Assembly: GCA_010015805.1 (NCBI GenBank)
Contig: ML978128.1
Location: 1,488,001-1,552,000 of the forward strand
Reading direction: 5' to 3'
From: Rhizodiscina lignyota
Lineage: Eukaryota
Length of the DNA: 64,000 nt
The position numbers and the translations under genes were made by a program. The notes beneath the pieces are model-generated. The model ran no database searches and was not told the origin of the DNA. It worked only from the letters and a program-made list of their open reading frames with translations. The first letter of the stretch is position 1. Every line of letters starts with the position of its first letter. Below are positions 12,898 through 24,019 of the stretch, one piece after another.

Positions 12898-13880
12898 TTA
12901 CCGCAAGCTGTTTAATCCGAGTGTCTATGGTTTTCAGGGTGGCGCTTGGGTCCGGTATGTAATAAGTATATTGGTAATGTTTAGATGTATATGTATGGCT
13001 GTATATATTGGATGATATGATATGGGTCTTATTTCGCGCATAATAGATGTAACTAGTTACTAAACGGTCTAATTGAATGGGATAGGCGCGGAGTTAAAGT
13101 TTCTTGTCTTCGGAATGTTCCTTTATTGTCAGCCTCAGTTCATCCATTCTTCAAAATCGCCGTAAAGAGCTCGAGCCTTAAAAGATTTGAGAGCTAGGTA
13201 GCGATGCTCTACTTCCCCGCAGCTGAACCTTCGCAATGATCCGATATCTATCCCAAAATAGACTAACGCATTACCAAATCAGGAAGTGGCCGAAGTATCC
13301 AGCTATGGGAACATTAGATATTGGCTTGAGAAGAGTTGGCGTCCATTTATCATCCCCGTGCAAGCAGAATTCAGTGAAAAGCAACAGACGACTATCTCTC
13401 GACTTCTCGGTTCAATACAAACGCTGTGACAAACCATCCAGATTGTCACAGGACGCACAACTACCTTCTTTATTGCTCGCAACAGGAGCGAGGCGCTTGA
13501 AGGTTAACGTTCAGCCGTATCACTAAGACCAGTCGAATTGTCCACAGCAAGTCAAACCACCGTCACACGTTCAGTACAGGAATAATTGCTTCTTTGTTGC
13601 ACACTTGCCGTCTTATCCAGCACGCCCAGCCTCCTTGCCCCTCAACGTCTCATATTGGCCCCACTTCACCTGCGCGCAGATTTCGCGCGTCGTGCGGCTA
13701 CGGATCGGTCAAGTGGCTACTGTCTTACCCCAGACCCTGCTGTGTTTGATTGGGCTGTAGAAGAAACAGGTCCAGTCCTTTCTGGCCGCACAAACCACGC
13801 AACAGCGGGATGATGCAGGGCCGAACTAAGGTAGGAAAGTGGCGGGGTCTGGACTGACATGTGACCTCTATTGGCTACCT

Positions 13881-13887
13881 TATATAA
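13881..13887 (+). promoter_or_regulatory. TATA box of the metallothionein-like gene
   Basis: TATATAA 135 bp upstream of ATG 14016, followed by a pyrimidine-rich stretch and a CA-rich leader ending in CACAATG. Confidence 0.65.
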
Positions 13888-14015
13888 GGCCCAACCACTT
13901 CTCTTTGTTCCTTTCCTCCATCAAGCAACGATAAAGATTCAATTGACGTACACGATCAACTTTTCCAGAGAATACAACTCTAGCAACACTTCAGACCAAA
14001 CTACACCACATCACA

Positions 14016-14204
14016 ATGTCTTCTTGTGGAAAGCCCGGCTGCTGCGGCGGTAACTGGTACGTCCCCGCTCGACCTCATTCGGATAGTCCAGAGGCTAACT
14101 CGTATCTAGCTCGTGCCCTCCCGGAAACTGCTCCTGCAAATGTAGGCACTGAAAATCTTCCGCCGTCTTCATGCTCGATCGGAAACTGACAAGCTATCTC
14201 AGAG
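14016..14204 (+). CDS. Metallothionein-like peptide MSSCGKPGCCGGNCSCPPGNCSCK (24 aa, 7 Cys), 3 exons
   Basis: Exon 14016-14056; intron 14057-14109 (GTACGT...GCTAAC...TAG); exon 14110-14141; intron 14142-14202 (GTAGGC...ACTGAC...CAG); T|AG forms the stop. CC and CxC motifs, good start context, TATA box. Too short to appear in the ORF track. Confidence 0.85.
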
Positions 14205-15998
14205 ATGCACAATCAACGCGATGACAAACATATGAAAGTCCACACCGACCGAGTTCGATCCTTCATGAACGACATTGGCATGACGCTTCGTTTCATTTGT
14301 GTATTAAATAAGCGGTTTCGGTAGCGGACGCATGGTGCATGGCAACGAGATGATACCAACAAGCATGGAACGGGTTTTGTGTAGTGAGAATAAACAAGTA
14401 GCAACGAGGAATACAATATCACGGTGGTGACACCCTGATCTCGCTCGCTAAACTGTCCTCTCTGATTGATATAATGGCTTGTGATGAAATGCCCGTCTTC
14501 ATTCTTCTCTTTCAATATGTTCGAATGGCCTGCATCGAGTTATCCCTCTCCCGATCTCACATCCGAGGGCTCGTAAAACGTATGTGGAGGTGGATACACG
14601 GGTTGTCGCTCTGATCTAGCTTCTGAGATGTGCAGGATTGGCCAGTCGGACCAGAGGCCAGACAATAGTCGCAGCGACAAAAGAGTGACGGAAGAGAGTG
14701 CATCGTGGGAACGCCCTATTAATTCAGGAAAGTTGACAATTTCTGAGAGCTTGTGACAAATGAAAATAGCGTAAGACGTATACGGCTTGAGCAAGCCATG
14801 AAGAGAACGCAACAAGACCAGGTTATGTACTCCTTAGACTTAGCTTTAGGAGACATCGCTCACTCAACGGCGGACAGTCTGAATAGGATAGGACGTAAGA
14901 CTCTCTTCGAGCTCGATTGTGCAATGCCGCACTGCCTCTCTTCCTCATCAATCAAAGATTGTTGAAAGACACCGTGAGGAAGAGCGTACACTTGTATACA
15001 AGAAGACTAGCTCCTGCACAAAGCTTCATTCCATTTGAGGCGCAAGTGCAAATCTCATGCGCTCGGTCCTGCCACTTTCGCCATCACGAGGGATCTCCAA
15101 ATTTCTAGATGAGATGATCGAAAGGTTGCAAAGCTGCAGCGTCAGGCACATGATTTCGAACTTTAGACTTTGACAGAACAGGGCGTGATATATGTACTCG
15201 GAACGGCTTACGGAGTATGATGAGAGTGATTGTGGAGAGCCGGAGACCGGGGTAGGTGAAACTGGACCAAAAAATATTAACTACGGTACCATCAGGGCAC
15301 AGGGCCACAGGCTGGCTTTATTTCCGTTTACGACTCAGCCTCGGCTCAGGCTATCGTATCCTACGACTAGGGCGTGGCACGGATACCCTACCACTCCTAT
15401 TATCTCACAGCGCTCGGCTTGCCTGCTTCCAGCAGTCGAATGTCCCAAAACGGACTTTCGGCCTTGAAAGCATCATAATTCTTCAGTCTCTTGAAAGCTA
15501 CGGCTAACTCTCCTTTGTCACAATGGAGTTCCGTAACATGTCAACCTCAAAAACCCCCTCATTGTCAGGCTCGGGGATCCTAAAATAGTTTAGCAAGCCC
15601 AAGTTGTAGTATTGACAATCTTCGCTCCACAACACAAACGAGAGCATATTTGAAAGCTCAGTTTACTATGTTTCCGACAGTGTTTATTAGAACTGCCTAG
15701 TCTCAACATATACCATCTTTGTTAACTGAAGGGGATGATCTTCTTAGCTTTTCAGTGTGTTACGTCTTCTCATTGCCAGGCCTGAAAGGAAGAAATAGAT
15801 ATCGTCCGGGCAAACTTTAACACCTAAGCGCAAGCAGCTCTCCCACTTCAAGAGAAGTGAGTCACTCTTCTGGAAGCTTAGTTTCATGTTCTTCGGGGTG
15901 TATATAATCGCAGTATACCGTTGAAAACTTTTTATGATTCACTGAATCTGGAATGTACATTACATTACTGTTCAACTTGTTGGACGCTGTGGCTAACT

Positions 15999-17495
15999 TC
16001 AACTTAAAGACCGCTTGCAGATCTTCGACATCTCCCCGTCCTCCAGCATCCTCACTACCTGCTCCAGTGCCTTCTTCTCCACATCGCTCCATGACCAATA
16101 CTTGTAATGTCTTTCGACATACCGCAGCTCCGCTCCCAACAACATACACAAATCCCTCCAGGCGCCCGCCACATCTCGTGCTACCGTGACCGCGCTTGGA
16201 TTCGGCACCATACTCGTTATGAACCGATCCCACGCCGCAAAGAACGCACCCTGCGTAGCTGCTTGATTGGTGCTGATGAGGATGTATATCTGCGAGGTCG
16301 AGGAGGGTCGCGCAACCGGCTGCGTGATGATGACGATGTTGACTCTTGCGGCGAAGAGGCCTCCAGTCGCTCGATCCGGGTCGAGAAGGATTTCCGCCAA
16401 CGGTCCGATATGGTCATCGCCGGGGCAGTTGATCTCGCCTGTAGTTTTGGAGAGACGGCCCTTAGCGCGGTCAACGCTGCAAGACCGGTAATTTGATGCC
16501 AGCTTGCATTCATTTGCCCAGCTGCTCGCGCTATTCGGCAGAGATTGATTGATTTTGTTGACGCATTGACTTGTCGGGCAATCGTCTATGGCAGCGTGGA
16601 GCTGGAAAATCGACACCGCAGTGCGATTGAACGATCGACGCACCCTCTCGCGCCATGAGTCCTCGGGCAGCAGTGCTGGCCATGTGCTCGCGAACCTGGG
16701 AAGCTGTCGTAGTCGTGAAATCCTCAGACCGAGTTCTTGCCCTTCGACAAAAATAAAAGGGATATTGTGCAGGGTTGCTTTCGCCAGCAGTCCCTGTAGT
16801 CGTAGTCCGTCGAAGACCGTGTTGAGCGTCCAGCGTGAGGTGCCTTTTTCATTATATAGCGGCCCTGTGATGGTGATTGCCTTGAATGTTGTGGTTGCCC
16901 GCCCGGATGTGACATTTGGAAAAAGGAAATGGTCCAAGAATGTGACTGACGCCGATTCGTGCCAGACGATGCCTTGCAGTCCTGTCGTTCCGAGTGTATT
17001 AGAGATTGAGACCTGCACGCGAGCAGCCGCTGCAGACAGTGTATTGGTGCTGTACTGGTGTGCAGCTCCCGTCCTCCTTGTTGGCAGTCCCCTAACTAAG
17101 GTGACATTGCCCCAACAGAATGCGTTCTCTTTCAATTGTGCGACGCCCCGGGAGCGAAAGTGCTGCCGCAAAAGCGCCAGCGCATGGTCGAAGTGATGTT
17201 GTCGGTCCCATTCATCAACAATAATGACTGCCGCAACTCCCCTCGGCGATCTTGGCCTCCGTTCACTCAGATGGAGCAGTGCCATGAGGATACGAAGCAG
17301 CGACGCGGAGGATGCAGTCGTATGGTATACAGCGAGATTCGAAGTTGAGGAAATGACTGCGTGCAGCCAATCGGACGAGTTCAAGAAGGCATCGGAGGAA
17401 GTGGCTGGAATGTCAAAAATCGCTTTGATCAGCTCTGATGTTGATGAGCATAGTGGTCCTGTCGTGCCACTTTCTGGCTGTTGGAGGGAGGCCAT
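15999..17495 (-). CDS. Hypothetical 498-aa protein (possible nucleoside-hydrolase-like alpha/beta fold)
   Basis: Uninterrupted 1.5-kb ATG-initiated ORF with globular composition; no family recognised with confidence. Confidence 0.7.
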   Translation of the reverse strand: MASLQQPESGTTGPLCSSTSELIKAIFDIPATSSDAFLNSSDWLHAVISSTSNLAVYHTTASSASLLRILMALLHLSERRPRSPRGVAAVIIVDEWDRQHHFDHALALLRQHFRSRGVAQLKENAFCWGNVTLVRGLPTRRTGAAHQYSTNTLSAAAARVQVSISNTLGTTGLQGIVWHESASVTFLDHFLFPNVTSGRATTTFKAITITGPLYNEKGTSRWTLNTVFDGLRLQGLLAKATLHNIPFIFVEGQELGLRISRLRQLPRFASTWPALLPEDSWRERVRRSFNRTAVSIFQLHAAIDDCPTSQCVNKINQSLPNSASSWANECKLASNYRSCSVDRAKGRLSKTTGEINCPGDDHIGPLAEILLDPDRATGGLFAARVNIVIITQPVARPSSTSQIYILISTNQAATQGAFFAAWDRFITSMVPNPSAVTVARDVAGAWRDLCMLLGAELRYVERHYKYWSWSDVEKKALEQVVRMLEDGEMSKICKRSLS

Positions 17496-18080
17496 ATCTG
17501 AGAGCAGTCAAAGAAATTCAGAATTGGCGATACGTTGTACAAGGAGAAGAGTGGAATTCGAGTTGGCTCCGAAATTGCGTATGGCATATAAGAAGCGGGG
17601 CTAGAGACCATTGTATGCAGCTGGTCGTGCATGCGTTGTGAAGCTGTTCGCTCGAACGCATAAGCACGGAAGACTACGACGTGAAGAGCATTATATATAC
17701 TTACAAGCTATGGTTTGGATGTGATTTCGATATCCTTCTGCATGCAAACAGTTTCTGGTGATTTTCTGCATTTCATACTACAAGCAAATGGCACTGAGAC
17801 CCTTTTTAAACTCATGTGGTCCACGCCGCATTCTACTCTGATTATGCGGATAAGCCCAATCAACTGAGAAGTATGATGGTTTTCGTTTAATACTTGCAAT
17901 CAACAAGTTTGAGTTCATCGGTCCAGTCTGTTTATTCACAGCATTTACCTGTATGGTTGTGAGATGCAGTCGCTTCCTGAACGAAGTTGTGACCTCAATG
18001 GCAAGCTCACTATTGCTCGACCAAAGTTGCAGGGACTGAAATGGGTAGATATAGCATCTCTTGTAAGGCCCAAGGGCATC

Positions 18081-18891
18081 TCATCCCGCGTCAGCCATTG
18101 ATGGATCTGCAGTATCCATCTTTTCAGCGGCCTTCTTCGCCTTATCCCGCTCCTTCTTTTTGACCTTCTTTTCTCTATTCCTCCGCGTCCTTTTCTCTCT
18201 CTCAGCTGTTTCTTTCTCTGCAGCCTCCTCTTGCGCTCGTATCCGAGCAGCTTTGGCCGCTGCCGCTTTCTTCCGCACTGCAATTCGATGTTTCTTTCCA
18301 GGCCGCCGACGGTGCTTCAGGCGAGTCTCAGCAGCCTCTTCAACCACATTATGCGCCATTAATCGCGAAAGTTGCTTTCCCGTTGCTGTGATAGTTGTGA
18401 CCCGCCACGGCATCGCGCAACCCGGCCATGGGGACTTTGCGCGTGCAAGAACCTCCTCCCCGCTGACTGCCGACTGCCTAAGTTTCTGCAACTCATGGTA
18501 CGAACGGCTCTCTGCAAAATAATAGCTCTTTGGCCGTTCTGGTACGACAAAACCAGGTGTTCCCTCGGCCAGTGATGGGGATGTCACTCGGATTTTGTTC
18601 GTCACGGAACCCTTTTCACCAGCCGATTTGAACAGGCGAAACGAAACGAACTCATCACGTTCATTATTTTTATCATCTTGTGTAGGCGCTAGATGAGGTG
18701 TTTCACGAATAGTCTCATATTGTTGCTTCGCGAAGGCAATGGAGAGCTCTTCAAGCTCTGGGTCGGGGGAGGTCGTTGGAGAGGCAGAGTAGAGGTGCTC
18801 GCGACGCACGCTGCGCAGATGTTAGTGTAAGCTATGTGATTGGAATCAAATAACTTTGGAGATACCGTTTAGCATTGGGAAGCTCGAACAT
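18081..18891 (-). CDS. Conserved fungal protein, DUF2011-like, 2 exons
   Basis: Exon 1 is 18891-18866 (MFELPNAKR); intron 18865-18811; then FRLF, RPKSYYF, PWPGCAMPWRV, RRRPGKKHRI and EKRTRRNREKK. Confidence 0.8.
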
Positions 18892-19361
18892 TTGGGTGAT
18901 AACTCGACAAATCTCTAGAATTAGCATGCACCCAAGTCCTGTGGGGAATTTCAATTCACCTGGATTAGGACTAGCGTGGTGGAAACTCCTCCCGCGACGG
19001 CTCGACACGAGACCTCCTGAATCACTCCGTGTACCCTCCAACTACCTATTCGACTGAACGATTCGCTGTCTCGTGAGATCGCAGCGCAGCGCGCTGGCTC
19101 AAATGCGAGGGATATTCTCCTAGCAAACTCCGGGACGCCTTAGCCCGATATAGACCGATTGAGCAAGGTGATACTAGAGCAATCACAACATAGTGATGCC
19201 ACTAACGAAAATCTGGAGGAGTGTGCCTCCCAGTGCATCTTGGCAATCACGAACTCGTCAAAGACAGACAGAGCCGTGGACGAGTCAACGAGCTGGGTGG
19301 GTATAAAATCTTCCCTCCGGGAATCATCAATTACAAATCTACGATTGTTATGGGCGCCTCC

Positions 19362-21029
19362 TCAAGCCAATAGCTCCCGCGAAACGTACTGTGTATTAAT
19401 AAAATCAATACCCTCCTTCCTAAATGTGTCTGCCTCAACATGCGGCCAAGTCGCGTTGGGCACCATGTTCGTTGGATGATGGATATCATACTTTGGCCAG
19501 TGTGGCAGCAGTTCATCTGGGCTGTTCGTCATCGGATTGGGATCCAGATTGTACACAAACCTAACGTATGCTTTGCCAACCGCATTCGCTAGTCTCATGT
19601 CCGCATCATATTTCGGCGACGGCCCAAGCCATCCTGTAATATTCTGGAAGCTGAAATAAGTATTATCGAAATGTGGAACACCCAGCTCAGCCGACTGATT
19701 GTAAAGCCGGGTATCGAAGCGGTAGCTGTAGACATCAAGACCAGCCCTGGTGTAGAATTCAGCCGTTTTGCGTCTGCCAGCAATCATGACGAGGTCCCCT
19801 CCTATTGCCGCTGCACGCCGGAACTGAAGGTCTCTGTCCGGGAATATCGTACAGTTCGTAATATAGTATGGCGGTTCATTGCATGGATCGTTCGGATAAA
19901 GCTCTAACAATTTCCAGATCGTTGGCGGAGACAGGTCGTATTGTCTCCAACTATAAAAAGACTGAAAGATCTGCGAGGCATTGTTCGCTGGAGACGGGTT
20001 GAAACTAGTTCCTTCGTCCGAATTCGCTCCGATAAGGAGCGGGACCTTTTTGAAATTGTTGTCAACGAGCAGTTGGCTCGGGAAGCCGCGGAGGAAGTTA
20101 CCATCGACAAGAGGATTCCATGTTAAGCTCGGTCGACCAGCATACAATGCTTCCTGAGAGAGGTCTCTCAGACAAGCTAGTTGATCCTCGGCCGTCCAGC
20201 AGCCGACTGCTCGAGTAAGATTTTCGAAGGGTGTCGAATAGTATCCAAGTTCATGGAGTTGGGTGCCCGTCGGGCCGCCACTCTCCATTATCGCGCCACG
20301 ATACAGTCCATCATTCGTACCGTTGAAACTCAACAACTGGAATGCAATGCTCTGAGCACCAGCGCTTTCACCCCAGATAACAACTCGCCTTGGATCACCA
20401 CCGAAGGCTGCAATGTTATCTTGGACCCACTGGAGTGCCATCCGCTGATCGAGTAAACCGGCGTTGCTAGAACCTTCCAAAAACAATTCCTGTGTCTGGA
20501 GGAAGCCATACATATTTAGTCGATAATTCATGTCAACTGCAATTATCGGCTGTCCCATGTCTTGGCTAACCTTCACGACACCAGAGAGATTGTATCGTGG
20601 GTCAGCGGTACTGCCAGTGTAAAGACCTCCTCCATAGATCCAGACGAGAATTGGAAGTGGCTGTTTCGGAGCTCCGTGAGGGCGAACGACATTGATATTG
20701 AGACAATCCTCGGACATGTTGAAATTTCCCCATGGTTCTCCAGCGTATTGCATGCAGCTGTATCCATACTGTGACGCGTCTCGAACACCAGAAAACGATG
20801 CATTTAGAGGACGTGGCCAACGGAAACGAAGATCACCAAGCGGTGGTTGAGCATAAGGCATGCCCAAGAAGACGTCTTGGTCCCATTCCGGAATATATCG
20901 GCCACCATATGTGCCATTGCGCGTTCTTGCAGTCGGTACTCCTGTGCTTCTTGCCTGAATCGTCTCTGCCAAAGCAGGGACAGCACAGAAAAAAGACAAA
21001 AGTAATGATTGAAAAGCTGGGAGGATCAT
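19362..21029 (-). CDS. Secreted type-B carboxylesterase/lipase
   Basis: Signal peptide; FLGMPYAQPPLGDLRF, SEDCL, WIYGGG, NYRL, nucleophile motif GESAG, NSDEG and VPH triad candidates. Intronless. Confidence 0.95.
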   Translation of the reverse strand: MILPAFQSLLLSFFCAVPALAETIQARSTGVPTARTRNGTYGGRYIPEWDQDVFLGMPYAQPPLGDLRFRWPRPLNASFSGVRDASQYGYSCMQYAGEPWGNFNMSEDCLNINVVRPHGAPKQPLPILVWIYGGGLYTGSTADPRYNLSGVVKVSQDMGQPIIAVDMNYRLNMYGFLQTQELFLEGSSNAGLLDQRMALQWVQDNIAAFGGDPRRVVIWGESAGAQSIAFQLLSFNGTNDGLYRGAIMESGGPTGTQLHELGYYSTPFENLTRAVGCWTAEDQLACLRDLSQEALYAGRPSLTWNPLVDGNFLRGFPSQLLVDNNFKKVPLLIGANSDEGTSFNPSPANNASQIFQSFYSWRQYDLSPPTIWKLLELYPNDPCNEPPYYITNCTIFPDRDLQFRRAAAIGGDLVMIAGRRKTAEFYTRAGLDVYSYRFDTRLYNQSAELGVPHFDNTYFSFQNITGWLGPSPKYDADMRLANAVGKAYVRFVYNLDPNPMTNSPDELLPHWPKYDIHHPTNMVPNATWPHVEADTFRKEGIDFINTQYVSRELLA

Positions 21030-22132
21030 ATTCTACGGAAGTGTTCACTTGCCTTTGGATCTCTTGTCCCGCCGAAAGGACCAATTGCTTATATAGCACC
21101 AGTGGGCCCCTTCGCTCAGCTTCATCATTCATACCTTAGCAAAAATGGATCCGGGGAGCAAACTCTTGAGGATTTCCTCGTGGAAGTAGCGGAAACACTC
21201 TGAGGCCTCATTGCAATGGGTGACCTGATTGGAGGATAAATCGGGTCTTCTGTACTCCAAGTGGAAGATCTCTAGGAACCACCTTGAGACCCCGCATTTG
21301 TCTATAGAGTCGGTACATTCAATACCGCGGGAACACATTCCAACGGACGATAAAGCAAGTTTTTATCTAGAGAGTTTCGTTGTTCGTGTCGTGCAGAAAA
21401 GAATCCTTGATCAGGAGAAATGGTCTAACTTCGGTTTCGTGAAAACTGCGGTTGGGCAAGTAGTCAAATTCCCGAAAATCAACCATCTACGCAATTTCCA
21501 GACGACGTCGGGTTGTGAAGCTGCGGCTACATAAGGACTTCGAACAACGGCAAAAGATTGTTTATATCGCCATTAGCACCCCGCGATGCGAGGTGAGATT
21601 ACTATACTGGGGAGAAATCTGGCTGATATAGTCCAAATACAATGGAACTACGACATGCTGTCCACTTTATCATATGGAGATTCGTCTTCAACTTACCCAT
21701 CCGCCATACATTCCAGAGGGTCTTCAAATGAAGCCGAATACTCTTTTAATTTGTATGAGGCACCAATATCAACTATTTCGTACCGTTTATTCGCGGTTGC
21801 TCGGACAGATCAGACGACCAAATCATCCACTTCGACCTGGTGTTTTCCGCTCGTTACCTTCCCTACCTGGCTTCACTCTTCCTTTCCTCTGATCGTACTT
21901 TGCAAACTTCCTCTCAGACCGGTGTCGGCGGTGCGCCGATGTACTCCGTATACACCGCTAGTTCGTTTATATGAGTTCCAAGATCTCTTTTCGAAACTAC
22001 TTCTTCCTCTGCTTCAAGTACTCCATCTTCTTCAACTACTTCCTCTTCTTCAGCCAGTTGAGTATCTCCGCAAATCTGAAATACCCCAATTTGTGATTGG
22101 GCCCTCCAACTTCATCAGTAACCGTCAACATA

Positions 22133-23608
22133 ATGAAAGTTCGAGAACTCGTCTCTCATTTCTTCCTCTTCACTTTCTGCTTTGCTACCTCAGTACTCGG
22201 TACTATCAATGAGTCTGCCTTCACCGCCTCAGACATCATCACTCGAGATGTCGTTATAATCGGCGGTGGCTCTAGCGGCACGTACACTGCGATACGCCTC
22301 CAACAGCTCGGCAAAAGCGTTGCCTTGATCGAGCGGAAGTCAATCCTCGGCGGTCATGTTGATACATTCTATGACCCGATCACAAGGCAGACTTTCGACT
22401 TCGGCGTGGTTCTGTTCGAGAACATATCTGTCGTGACAAACTATTTCGCACATTTGGACGTCGAGTTAGCGAAATTCAGTAGCCTCGGTGTTACGGTTCA
22501 ATCGTTTGCGGATATCACGAAGATGGAGAAGCTCACCAATGCCAGCTTGCCTTCGCCTAATGCTACAGCCGCCGCTCTTACCAAGTTTGGAGAGATCTTG
22601 AATAAGTATCCTTACCTCTACAATGGCTTTAACGATCTCCAATATCCAGTCCCAGAAGATCTCCTCCTACCATTTGGCGACTTCATGGAAAAGTATCAGT
22701 TGAATGCGCTGGCCTACCAAGTAATGGGATTTCTGCAAGGAGGGGGAAACCTGCTCAATCAAACATCTCTTTACGTGATGAAATATCTCGCAAAGATCGT
22801 GGGCAATTTCCTGAAGGATAACTTCCTCACAACCGCGGCTCACGATAACCACGAGCTGTATGTGCGCGCCCTGGAAAGATTAGGTCCTAACGAAAACGCT
22901 TTCGTGAACGCCAGCGTTACTGAGATCGAGCGTTGCGACACAAATTATGCCTACAGCGGACATGACCAAGGCAGCGCCTCCATCGATGAGTGTGACACCC
23001 CAGTCAATGTGGTATTCAACATCCAATCAGGTGCAAAGCTCGTCAAAGCCTCACAGCTCGTAATCGCGATCCCACCGCTATTAGAGAATCTGCAGTTCCT
23101 TGATCTAAGCTCTGAGGAGCGCTCGCTTTTCGGTCAGTTCGGCAACACATATTACTGGGACGCAGTGGTTCGCAACTCTGGCATTCCTAGGAACACTTCA
23201 ATCTCGAACTTCGATCCCAATGCACCGAGCGGCCTTCCGCGTCTTCCCGGAATCTATGACATCGGGCCTTCCGGCGTGAAGGATTTGGACATTGTGTATT
23301 ACGGCAGCCCTTACCCCGTCGAAAATGTCGAAGTTGCAAACGACATTATGGACAAGATAGCAGGTCTGGTCAAGGTCTACAACTTTCCGCCCAATCGCAA
23401 GAAGCCAGAACTCGTCGGCTTTCATGACCACCGTCCGTATGGGTTGTTTGTGTCTGCGGAGGTGATCAAGAACGGTTTCTACAAGAATCTGCTTGTGCTC
23501 CAGGGACGGAGGAACACGTACTACACTGGGGCTGCGTGGCAGGTGCATGACTCGAGCCGGATCTGGAACTGGACCGAGATGAACATCATTCCCAAGCTCT
23601 CGAGCTGA
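22133..23608 (+). CDS. Secreted FAD-dependent oxidoreductase (flavin amine-oxidase-like)
   Basis: ATG 22133 gives a signal peptide. Dinucleotide-binding motif DVVIIGGGSSG...IER...LGGH; C-terminal QGRRNTYYTGAAW. Confidence 0.9.
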   Translation: MKVRELVSHFFLFTFCFATSVLGTINESAFTASDIITRDVVIIGGGSSGTYTAIRLQQLGKSVALIERKSILGGHVDTFYDPITRQTFDFGVVLFENISVVTNYFAHLDVELAKFSSLGVTVQSFADITKMEKLTNASLPSPNATAAALTKFGEILNKYPYLYNGFNDLQYPVPEDLLLPFGDFMEKYQLNALAYQVMGFLQGGGNLLNQTSLYVMKYLAKIVGNFLKDNFLTTAAHDNHELYVRALERLGPNENAFVNASVTEIERCDTNYAYSGHDQGSASIDECDTPVNVVFNIQSGAKLVKASQLVIAIPPLLENLQFLDLSSEERSLFGQFGNTYYWDAVVRNSGIPRNTSISNFDPNAPSGLPRLPGIYDIGPSGVKDLDIVYYGSPYPVENVEVANDIMDKIAGLVKVYNFPPNRKKPELVGFHDHRPYGLFVSAEVIKNGFYKNLLVLQGRRNTYYTGAAWQVHDSSRIWNWTEMNIIPKLSS

Positions 23609-24019
23609 TAATAACGAGGAACATCAAATGGCTTCTCCCTGATCTAGGCATATCATGGGATTCAGGTGTTGGAGATTCTGGGATGACTTCAATGGGTGGT
23701 TATTATGGAGCTTGGCTGATTTTCTGCTCGTACGGAGGAAGAATCTCATAAAAGATGGCGTTAGTGCTGTCCTTCGATCGGCAGGTAGACCAATTGGGAA
23801 ATGGAAATCTCTTCACTTTCATAGTTGCGGCAATATCTCTTGTGTCTCTAGTGTAACGTGTCGTCCCATGTTTCGAAATGGCCCCCGTTACGAAACAAAG
23901 CGTGGATACTTGATACTCAAGCAATCCCAACTTCGTCAGCGTATCGAGTAGCTACTTCTAGACACTGCCTGCCCTGTGAATTTCAAAAATTACGATCGCA
24001 TCATCGCCTGCGCGCCTGA

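Noticed and set aside
14016..17495. Mating-type locus (metallothionein-like gene plus orphan ORF)
   Set aside because: No alpha-box, HMG-box, APN2 or SLA2 genes are visible.
21996..22061. Ser/Thr-rich linker-like frame (TTSSSASSTPSSSTTSSSSAS) upstream of the flavoprotein
   Set aside because: Bounded by stops with no start codon; best explained as a CT-rich promoter or leader sequence.
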